DNA of 30,817 bases from a virus. Lineage: Duplodnaviria; Caudoviricetes. The position numbers were made by a program, and so were the translations under genes. The notes beneath the pieces were generated by a model. The model had not been told where the DNA came from and did not search any database. It saw nothing but the letters and a program-made list of their open reading frames with translations. The stretch is taken from the IMG/VR virus record IMGVR_UViG_3300020575_000002, positions 1 through 30,817 of that record; one strand, given 5' to 3'. Below, in pieces: positions 1 through 7,186 of the stretch (positions are counted from its first letter, which is position 1; each line of letters begins with the position of its first letter).

Positions 1-99
1 CCCATTGCTGCTATACATATAGCCATAACTGCATCAACAAGTTTATCACTTGGTGCTACTTCTAAATGACTAAAAGAATTAGCCAATAAAGTAATACAT
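1..99. repeat. 99-bp direct terminal repeat, left copy (assembly circularisation overlap)
   Basis: Bases 1-99 are identical to 30719-30817, and a gene reads through the junction. Confidence 0.97.
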
Positions 100-185
100 A
101 AAAACAAAGCACTCATCAAAGCTATTACTCTCTTAGTGCTTATTGACCCTCTTTCATCCGATAATAAATTTGCTATCCATTTCAT
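1..185 (-). CDS. Holin-like 2-TM protein, 5' part (76 aa, continues across the origin to 30673)
   Basis: Not in the ORF track. Manual translation MKWIANLLSDERGSISTKRVIALMSALFLCITLLANSFSHLEVAPSDKLVDAVMAICIAAMGSSTIDKFSTKKDAE*; two hydrophobic segments and a charged C-terminus, just upstream of the endolysins. Confidence 0.7.
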   Translation of the reverse strand, partial: MKWIANLLSDERGSISTKRVIALMSALFLCITLLANSFSHLEVAPSDKLVDAVMAICIAAM

Positions 186-186
186 A

Positions 187-573
187 CTATTGTGTTTTAA
201 TAATTGCTAATGCCATAAATAAAGCAAATGCCCATAATCTATTTATCCCTTTCTCTTTCTCGTAGGCTTCTTTGAACTCTTGGTCGATTCCTGTGGCTGG
301 TTTAATATTATTGATATGATATCTGTAAAGGTTGATTGTATCTTGCTTTTTACTAATTTGATTAATTGCTGAATCATAATATCTTGTTTTAATTTTTAAT
401 GAATCTATTGTTTTGTTATAACCCAAATACAAAGCGTTTATTTCTTTGCCTTGCTCTATGGTCATTATAACAACCGAATCTTGTTTAATTTTCCTTATTT
501 GTGGGTATTGCGAATAGCTTGAAACTGACACCAGTATCATTGCTAACACTATCCAAACTTGCTTTGACTTCAC
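187..573 (-). CDS. Exported protein with signal peptide and C-terminal TM segment (lysis accessory/spanin-like)
   Basis: N-terminal VWIVLAMILVSVSSYS-Q, C-terminal LWAFALFMALAII; overlaps the upstream gene by 89 nt. Confidence 0.5.
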   Translation of the reverse strand: MKSKQVWIVLAMILVSVSSYSQYPQIRKIKQDSVVIMTIEQGKEINALYLGYNKTIDSLKIKTRYYDSAINQISKKQDTINLYRYHINNIKPATGIDQEFKEAYEKEKGINRLWAFALFMALAIIKTQ

Positions 574-811
574 TTAATTCCGATTTTAATGTTGTTACTT
601 CTGTTTTTAATTCCTTTATTGTTTCTACTGCCTTTTGTACTAACTCAGCTTCTTTTTTACTCGCCTTAGCCTGTACTTGAACTGAAAAATCGTTTGTTTG
701 CGATACCTTATTCATTAACTTTTGGAACTCTATGTCTTCTTTTGTTTCCTCGCTTTGGTTTTGAGCCGAAGCAGTACACCCCATTAAAAATATAAATAAT
801 AAGTATTTCAT
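485..811 (-). CDS. Putative lipoprotein/o-spanin-like coiled-coil protein
   Basis: MKYLLFIFLMG-C lipobox-like N-terminus (or SPI cleavage at ASA-Q); heptad-rich body IKELKTEVTTLKSELSEVKASL. Confidence 0.55.
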   Translation of the reverse strand: MKYLLFIFLMGCTASAQNQSEETKEDIEFQKLMNKVSQTNDFSVQVQAKASKKEAELVQKAVETIKELKTEVTTLKSELSEVKASLDSVSNDTGVSFKLFAIPTNKEN

Positions 812-1080
812 TATTTAATAGATTGTATTTTACCTAAACTTTCAAGTGTGCTTAATTTAGCCGTTGCAGATGCCAAAGATGAATCACATCTTCTTAAAGC
901 TACTTGCATAATATCTACCTTCTCATCTAACTTTTCTACCTTAATACCTTGACTTGTGATCTGGTCTTTGAACGTGGAACGCACGTCAATATACAATGCT
1001 GATATGCCACAAAGAACAATGAATAAAGTTGCAACCACAGGATTTTTTGCAAAGTCTTTAAATGATACAGGTAAAGCCAT
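811..1080 (-). CDS. Putative i-spanin-like protein (N-terminal TM + coiled coil)
   Basis: TM segment VVATLFIVLCGISALYI followed by a coiled coil; TAATG-coupled to the lipoprotein gene. Confidence 0.55.
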   Translation of the reverse strand: MALPVSFKDFAKNPVVATLFIVLCGISALYIDVRSTFKDQITSQGIKVEKLDEKVDIMQVALRRCDSSLASATAKLSTLESLGKIQSIK

Positions 1081-1081
1081 T

Positions 1082-1630
1082 TTAGAATAATTTTATATAA
1101 TAACCCAATGAATAATGATTTGTAGTTGCGTTTATTGTAAATAAGCCGTTTTTAGCCGTTTTATACCCTAAACCAAGTCCCAAGCCTACTTTATTGTCAA
1201 ATGCCCTTAAATCGCCTAAAACACCCAAATAAACCTCTTTCTTAGGCTTTGGAGTGATAGTCTTAGTAACATAGATAGTTTTTTCGCTTATTTCAGCCTT
1301 AAAACCCCTTCCTTGTATCTTGTTATGTGAGATAGTATCTTGGATGTATGCGTATCCTAATGAATCTATGCGCATAGTATCAGAATAAACCTTTACTTGG
1401 TTGTAGTCTTTTACGATAGTAATTGTATCGTGAACCTCATCTATTTGATAAATTGTGTCTAAAACGACAAAAGGGATAGATTTCCCTTTAATAAACTTAG
1501 TAAAAGTTTTCTGTTGGTAAACTGTGTCAGTATCTACAATGACTGCTGGTTGACCTATGTATTCGGACTTGTCCTTTATAAAAAGAAATACAATAATAAC
1601 CAATATCGCTATTACTATATTCTTGTACAT
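1082..1630 (-). CDS. Membrane-anchored lysis-region protein with beta-rich C-terminus
   Basis: N-terminal IVIAILVIIVFLFI, DT(V/I) repeats, C-terminal alternating strands ending YSLGYYIKLF. Confidence 0.55.
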   Translation of the reverse strand: MYKNIVIAILVIIVFLFIKDKSEYIGQPAVIVDTDTVYQQKTFTKFIKGKSIPFVVLDTIYQIDEVHDTITIVKDYNQVKVYSDTMRIDSLGYAYIQDTISHNKIQGRGFKAEISEKTIYVTKTITPKPKKEVYLGVLGDLRAFDNKVGLGLGLGYKTAKNGLFTINATTNHYSLGYYIKLF

Positions 1631-1803
1631 TACTTAAATCTTTTAGTCGCCTTGATGTAATATCTTGCTGCTAAAAGACCAGAAACAATAGCAATCAAAC
1701 TCGCTATAAGTGAAACTATGGGCTGCACGTTTGCAACACTAATAAATGCGGATGTTCCGCTAACAATAGTTAATAAGTCCGATTGATTGCTATTATGTAC
1801 CAT
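1630..1803 (-). CDS. Small holin-like membrane protein (57 aa)
   Basis: Not in the track. MVHNSNQSDLLTIVSGTSAFISVANVQPIVSLIASLIAIVSGLLAARYYIKATKRFK*; TAATG overlaps on both sides; basic C-terminus. Confidence 0.6.
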   Translation of the reverse strand: MVHNSNQSDLLTIVSGTSAFISVANVQPIVSLIASLIAIVSGLLAARYYIKATKRFK

Positions 1804-1946
1804 TAGTCTTCTTTTACTTCTTGTGGTGGATTTTGCTCTTGTGCAATCTTACCTAAAAACTGCAATAATGGTAAACCATAAGCAGTTGGTATCTGATTGA
1901 TGTAAGCCTCTAATTCCTTTAATTGTGTTTCGTTTAGTTGTAGCAT
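1803..1946 (-). CDS. Hypothetical 47-aa protein
   Basis: Not in the track. MLQLNETQLKELEAYINQIPTAYGLPLLQFLGKIAQEQNPPQEVKED*; A-rich leader, promoter box upstream, TAATG coupling. Confidence 0.65.
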   Translation of the reverse strand: MLQLNETQLKELEAYINQIPTAYGLPLLQFLGKIAQEQNPPQEVKED

Positions 1947-1963
1947 AGTTTTTATTTTATATA

Positions 1964-1971
1964 CAAATATA
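1964..1971 (-). promoter_or_regulatory. Bacteroidota -7 promoter box TATATTTG (lysis cassette)
   Basis: Matches TAnnTTTG and lies in an intergenic gap. Confidence 0.65.
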
Positions 1972-1990
1972 GTTAAATACTTTATATTTC

Positions 1991-2317
1991 CTAAGGGTTA
2001 GAAAATGGGAGTGGGAGTACCACAATCGGCGGGTTAACTTGATTCTCTATTTGAGCATCTAAATTAAGGTCTAAAGCCTCTACATCTATAGAAGAATCTA
2101 ACCAAGAACAAACAATGTCATAGGTCAAGTCCTCGTAAGGGATAAAGTTAGCAACGTCATCCTTTGAGAAGGATTGAGAACCATAGACACTTGCGGTGTA
2201 TTCTTTTTCGTTTACTACTTCATTTGCATTGCGATTCCAATGACAAACGACTACGAAGTCAGTTAAATCACCATCTTGAGGAACGCAGTCTAATTGATTA
2301 ATGTACCAGTATTTCAT
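1991..2317 (-). CDS. Tail-fibre-associated acidic protein
   Basis: Immediately downstream of the fibre gene; motifs FIPYEDLT..IVCSWL and QIENQVNPP are typical of fibre-linked proteins. Confidence 0.6.
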   Translation of the reverse strand: MKYWYINQLDCVPQDGDLTDFVVVCHWNRNANEVVNEKEYTASVYGSQSFSKDDVANFIPYEDLTYDIVCSWLDSSIDVEALDLNLDAQIENQVNPPIVVLPLPFSNP

Positions 2318-2318
2318 A

Positions 2319-5300
2319 TTATTTGTTTTTTAATTGTTCTATTTCTTCTTTAAGTTCTTGAATGGCTTTTACTAAGATTGGAACAAATTTGCTATAATCA
2401 ACCCCTTGCATTTGTTCGCCATCTTTTTTACCTTGTACTGCGTATGGTAATACCTCTTGCAACTCGTGTGCTATTACTCCATACATTCTTGACTTATCTG
2501 ATTTCCATTCGTAATCATAAGTCTTAATTGCAGAAACTAGTTGTAAGGCATTATAATCTTTAAGGTCTTGCTTTAAACGATAATCGGAAGTAACATTATA
2601 TGTTGTTACTGAACCACTTGTATCTATAGAACCTATTTGACCATTAGGATTCCAAAATTCAACTAATGTAGAACCAGAAGTTGCTTGCGCTCTTAATGCC
2701 ATAGCAGCTTTAGTACCAGTTATATTTTCACTTTGGTATCTTGCATTTGTATAAGTTGATGAAATACCAACTAACAAATCACCCCCCGATGTGATTCTCA
2801 TTCGTTCGTTAGAAGATGTTCTAAATATTAATGAACCCGTAGAAATATTATCCATATAAGCCTCTGCACCTTCACCAATAAATCTTAAAGAAGCAGCAGA
2901 TGAATTACCAATATATAGTAATGAACCATTTGTTCCTCTTATGTCAAGTGTTGTATAGTTTGTAATTGCAGTAGGACTACTCGTTCCGATTCCAACGTTA
3001 CCAGTATTAGTCATTGTCATTGTAGTTCCAAAACTTCCACCATTATTATATTTAAAAAATAAATATCCTCCAGCACCTTGCTTTATACCACCTTGTATTA
3101 AATACCCAAAATTAGATGATTGTAATTGCAATCCTGAATATGTATCCACACCAACAACGGCAGTTGTTTGCAAATCCAATAAATATGAAGGACTACTCGT
3201 TCCGATTCCAACGTTGCCACCGCTTGTGATGGTCATTCTCAATGTATTATTAGTAGCAAACTGCAAAGCGTGGTTGGATACAACTTGTAAAGTTGGAAAA
3301 GCACCAGCACCAAAATCGGCATTTGGGTTTAAATAAACATTTCGTGTGCCATCGTTAGCTTGAAAAAATGAACTTGCCGTTACACTACTTGAGAATGTAG
3401 CAGCACCGCTTGAGGCTATTGTAAGTCTTGGGACTGAATTAGTAAGTAGCTTTAAAACTCCCGATGCTCCAACCGCATCAACTCTAAGTTCATTTGCAAG
3501 GCAAAATAATTCTCCATATAAAACTTCTCCTGTCTTAAAATCTATTACAGAACCATTAGTTCCGTTTATAGTTATTGTATTAAGATTTGTATAAACACTT
3601 GGGCTTGCAGTACCCACCCCAAAATTCCCACTAAACGTAGCACTTGTACCACCTAAAGCACCCGTCAAAGTTCCACCCGCTAAAGGTAGGTAAGCACCTA
3701 AATCAGATGTCAATGCTAAAGTGCCTGTTGCATTAGGTAATGTATAAGTATAAGTTCCATTTCCTATTGTAGAACCAAAATCAACTTTACCAAGCGTAGA
3801 TATAGTTATTGCATTAGTATTGTTACTTGATTTAAATAATATCGCAGAACCATTTTGTGCAGCTATTTGAAAAAATGTACTGGTACCAGTTATTCCACCA
3901 TAATTACTACCACCTACACTAGAAGGAAAAGAAACACCACCGACTGCTGAAATAGCTAAGCTAAATGAATTTAAAGCAGTAAAGGTTTGAGTTCTTTCTA
4001 GTAAAGAAATAGTACCATCTGCATCTGGAAATGTATAACTTCTAACTGTATTATCTGTTAAACTACTAAAATTAAAATATGCAGTTTTACTATAAGAACC
4101 ACTAACAAATGAATTAAATACAAATTGTTGACCAGAAGCAGCACCAATAGTTCCATAACCACTTGTTGCAGTAATTGTATTACCAATTTTCATTGATATT
4201 AAACCTGCTGCAGTACCACTTCCATTTGAAAATATATATCTTGAAGTTAAATCAAACTCACCTAAATTAACGCTTCCTGTTGCTCCTGTGTAAGGTACAT
4301 ATGAACTTAGATTGCTTGTTAAAGCAAGAGTTCCTGAAGCATTAGGGAAAGTGTATGTATAATCAGCAGCATTATTAAAAGATAGCTTTGAATATTTAAG
4401 AGTATCCCCATCAATTAAGTATAATGAATTAACTGAACCTGCATTTACTAATTGAAGATTTGCATAACCATTAGTTGAAGCGTGTAATGGAGTTCCTAAA
4501 GTTTTAGCTAAAGCAACTCCAATATCCATTAATGCATAACCATTAAATGTAATATCAGTCCCAAATGTTTTTTCAGCCGTTATTGTTTGAGTAGTATCTA
4601 AAGTAACATAATTACCAGCAGGTTGCTTGTTATTAAACGTACTCCAATCCGTTGAACTTAACTTACCTGTATTTGTAGCCGAAGCCACAGGAAGGTTAAA
4701 AGTATGTGTCGCAACACTTGAAGATATCCCAAAGTCAGTTCCGCTTGTTCCTGTCGCTAAAAATTGTACTTGTCTTGTTAAGTTATTTAATGAAGTCAAT
4801 CCTTTAGAGAAAGTTGTAACTACTTGGCACAAGTGATTGTTCTCTGTGTGTAAAGTAACTGTTCTACCATCTACGTTTACATAGATTCTAATCGCTATTC
4901 TATCCGTTATTGCTAATACAGTTTGAGCCACAGGAATAGCAAAGTAATATGGACTTAAAGTTGTTCCGTTTGTTAAATACTCTGGAACGCTTTGACTACT
5001 TCCTATCAAAGTAAAAGTAGTGCCATCATACTTATAAACTTCTGCATAAACAAAAGGATTATGAGCATCCGAGTTTACACTAAAATAGAACTCACAATTA
5101 AAGTTTCCAGCAGGTACTTCTAATAAAGCTGGGTCATTTGCATCGGTTAAGTAACTTGCTACATATCCATTAGCCGAAATAGTAATATCAGTTCCAGCAC
5201 CAGCAATAGGCGTTTTGCCTAATTGTCTATAAGCAACCCCACCGATAGTACCTTGTGAAACACTTGAGTTAAGATAATAAGAAACCGAACTACCCCCACC

Positions 5301-5450
5301 TGTTGATGTTGGGAAATCAGCTAACGTACCATCTCCTCGTACATATTGAGAAGCAGCACCATCTAAAGCGGTTATAACGCCACTATTAGCCACTACTGGA
5401 CCTTGTATGTCCCTTATCTTTGCTTCTCCTGTTACTTGTAATTGACTCAT
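2319..5450 (-). CDS. Tail fibre / receptor-binding protein with C-terminal intramolecular chaperone (peptidase S74)
   Basis: G/S/T-rich, GNVGIGTSSP repeats, TSDYRLK autocleavage motif, GVIAHELQEVLP and terminal coiled coil LVKAIQEL. Confidence 0.9.
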   Translation of the reverse strand: MSQLQVTGEAKIRDIQGPVVANSGVITALDGAASQYVRGDGTLADFPTSTGGGSSVSYYLNSSVSQGTIGGVAYRQLGKTPIAGAGTDITISANGYVASYLTDANDPALLEVPAGNFNCEFYFSVNSDAHNPFVYAEVYKYDGTTFTLIGSSQSVPEYLTNGTTLSPYYFAIPVAQTVLAITDRIAIRIYVNVDGRTVTLHTENNHLCQVVTTFSKGLTSLNNLTRQVQFLATGTSGTDFGISSSVATHTFNLPVASATNTGKLSSTDWSTFNNKQPAGNYVTLDTTQTITAEKTFGTDITFNGYALMDIGVALAKTLGTPLHASTNGYANLQLVNAGSVNSLYLIDGDTLKYSKLSFNNAADYTYTFPNASGTLALTSNLSSYVPYTGATGSVNLGEFDLTSRYIFSNGSGTAAGLISMKIGNTITATSGYGTIGAASGQQFVFNSFVSGSYSKTAYFNFSSLTDNTVRSYTFPDADGTISLLERTQTFTALNSFSLAISAVGGVSFPSSVGGSNYGGITGTSTFFQIAAQNGSAILFKSSNNTNAITISTLGKVDFGSTIGNGTYTYTLPNATGTLALTSDLGAYLPLAGGTLTGALGGTSATFSGNFGVGTASPSVYTNLNTITINGTNGSVIDFKTGEVLYGELFCLANELRVDAVGASGVLKLLTNSVPRLTIASSGAATFSSSVTASSFFQANDGTRNVYLNPNADFGAGAFPTLQVVSNHALQFATNNTLRMTITSGGNVGIGTSSPSYLLDLQTTAVVGVDTYSGLQLQSSNFGYLIQGGIKQGAGGYLFFKYNNGGSFGTTMTMTNTGNVGIGTSSPTAITNYTTLDIRGTNGSLLYIGNSSAASLRFIGEGAEAYMDNISTGSLIFRTSSNERMRITSGGDLLVGISSTYTNARYQSENITGTKAAMALRAQATSGSTLVEFWNPNGQIGSIDTSGSVTTYNVTSDYRLKQDLKDYNALQLVSAIKTYDYEWKSDKSRMYGVIAHELQEVLPYAVQGKKDGEQMQGVDYSKFVPILVKAIQELKEEIEQLKNK
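2973..3215. repeat. 27-bp identical direct repeat within the fibre gene (2973-2999 and 3189-3215)
   Basis: aggactactcgttccgattccaacgtt occurs twice, 216 nt apart; encodes NVGIGTSSP. Confidence 0.9.
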
Positions 5451-5460
5451 TTATCTAAAT

Positions 5461-5988
5461 TTATAAATATCTTAAACTTGTTTTATTTTCCCTATGACCA
5501 TTTAGCCAATTTGACAAACTTGGTTTTTTATAACCTAATTCTAAAGCAGCTTCGTTTGTAGAATTATAAATCTTACCATTTGATAAATCTATTACCTTCT
5601 TTCTTTTCAAGTCATTCGCTGCCTTTCTTGCTATATGAATTGTGTTTCTACCATTTTGTCTATGCTTTTTACTTGTCTTACTTAATCCATTATCCCAAGC
5701 GTGTTGCATATTTTCTTGATGCGTACACCATTCAAGATTACATAATAAATTATTTGTCTTTATTCCGTCTATATGATTAACAAATCTTTTATTTTCATTT
5801 TTTGGTAAATATGTTTTTGCAACAAGCCTATGAATAGAATAAAATTTTCCACCTAATTCATTATAAATGCAAACCGCATTATATCCATTTGTACGCATTA
5901 ATGGTTTTAAGTATTTCATTTTTTTAATATTAAACACCTTACCATCAAGACTGACGTAGTAATTTGGATAATTTGTTATTTGCTTCAT
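5461..5988 (-). CDS. HNH homing endonuclease (NUMOD4-like/HNH/NUMOD1)
   Basis: YYVSLDGKV, IHRLVAKTYL, VNHIDGIKTNNLLCNLEWCT, C-terminal YNSTNEAALELG. Confidence 0.92.
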   Translation of the reverse strand: MKQITNYPNYYVSLDGKVFNIKKMKYLKPLMRTNGYNAVCIYNELGGKFYSIHRLVAKTYLPKNENKRFVNHIDGIKTNNLLCNLEWCTHQENMQHAWDNGLSKTSKKHRQNGRNTIHIARKAANDLKRKKVIDLSNGKIYNSTNEAALELGYKKPSLSNWLNGHRENKTSLRYL

Positions 5989-6007
5989 ATAGTTTTTTTT
6001 ATAATAT

Positions 6008-7156
6008 CTATTGGAAAAGTGCGCGAATATATTCCCCTGCTGCTAATGCTCTACCAAAAGTAAGAACCCCTGTCGCACTCACAAACTTAACATCATCCCC
6101 AGTTGGAACTCCTGTTGTTAAAATGTTTTGCGCATCCACACCACCTCTTGAAACGTACAAACAAGCATATCCAATCGTATCAGCAAATGTAATAGATGTT
6201 TCGCCACCACTTGCCGTGTAACCTTTTGTTAATACAAGGTTTGCACCTACTATAATCACACCACCACTTGCAGCAGAAGTTCCAGATATTGCATAAGCAC
6301 CTGTTCCTTGTAAACTTACACCATATGTGCCAACGTCTTTATAAGGAGCATTTATTTGCAAAGATGTTAAATTAACATTTCCAGTTATTACGCTTAAACC
6401 ATTTACTCCATTGTCAATAATAAAGTCAATTCCTATTGTTTCTCTTGTTTGTTGTACTTGTAGCATTTGATTGTAACCATATCCACTTAAAGTGATTAAC
6501 CCATCACAAGTTACATTCCAAGTAGCTACATCGTTCTTAAACTCACGATACCAAGCACTTGATTGACTTGTTACCTCTTTTTGGTCTACTGTAACCGAGA
6601 AGGCTGCATTTGTAGAACAAGCAAAAGGAATGTTTAAAGGAATTGTAGTTTTAACAGAAGCCACATTTGTTCCTTGAGTATAAAAAGTCATTGTTTTAGT
6701 AGTAATTTCACTTGCTATAACTTGAATTACTATTCTTTCATTTGATAATAAAGTTGTAGCTGGGAAAGCAAATGTTTGAGTATATAATTTTACACCTAAT
6801 TGAGTAAAAAAGATACCTCCTGTTGTTCCAATAGAAGTTAATGTTGTTCCATTGTATTTATAGATATGATAGTAAAATCTTGGAGCGGAAACTAAATCCC
6901 CAGTTATAGATGCAAAAGCACTAAATGTCCAAGTACCAGCAGGTATTATAGTTGTAGCGACATCTGTTATAAATCCACAAACTATGCCATCTGCCGTTTT
7001 ATTAAAATTAAAAGATGCCTCTAAATTATTTGTTGAACTAAATTGTTTATAACTTAGACCTGAAATTGTAGTTACAGGTATAGAGCCATTCATATAAAAT
7101 GTTCCATTGCTTTCTTTTTTATAAAGCATTATATTCTTTCCTATTACTGCTGCCAT
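6008..7156 (-). CDS. Tail-tube-fold minor tail protein with an inserted domain
   Basis: GKNIMLY ... FACSTNAAFSVTVDQKEVTS ... WNVTCDGL ... GNVNLTSLQINAP ... YGVSLQGTG resembles phage tail-tube proteins; aa ~18-172 are an insertion. Confidence 0.7.
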   Translation of the reverse strand: MAAVIGKNIMLYKKESNGTFYMNGSIPVTTISGLSYKQFSSTNNLEASFNFNKTADGIVCGFITDVATTIIPAGTWTFSAFASITGDLVSAPRFYYHIYKYNGTTLTSIGTTGGIFFTQLGVKLYTQTFAFPATTLLSNERIVIQVIASEITTKTMTFYTQGTNVASVKTTIPLNIPFACSTNAAFSVTVDQKEVTSQSSAWYREFKNDVATWNVTCDGLITLSGYGYNQMLQVQQTRETIGIDFIIDNGVNGLSVITGNVNLTSLQINAPYKDVGTYGVSLQGTGAYAISGTSAASGGVIIVGANLVLTKGYTASGGETSITFADTIGYACLYVSRGGVDAQNILTTGVPTGDDVKFVSATGVLTFGRALAAGEYIRALFQ

Positions 7157-7160
7157 ATTA

Positions 7161-7168
7161 CAAATTTA
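7161..7168 (-). promoter_or_regulatory. -7 promoter box TAAATTTG, 4 nt before the ATG
   Basis: TAnnTTTG in an intergenic gap. Confidence 0.65.
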
Positions 7169-7186
7169 ATCAATTAACTTCATATA

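Noticed and set aside
2319-5450. Diversity-generating retroelement or invertible fibre cassette
   Set aside because: No reverse transcriptase, template repeat or site-specific recombinase was recognised.
5451-6007. Group I intron around the HNH genes
   Set aside because: Flanking genes are intact and the intergenic gaps are under about 20 nt, leaving no room for intron structure.
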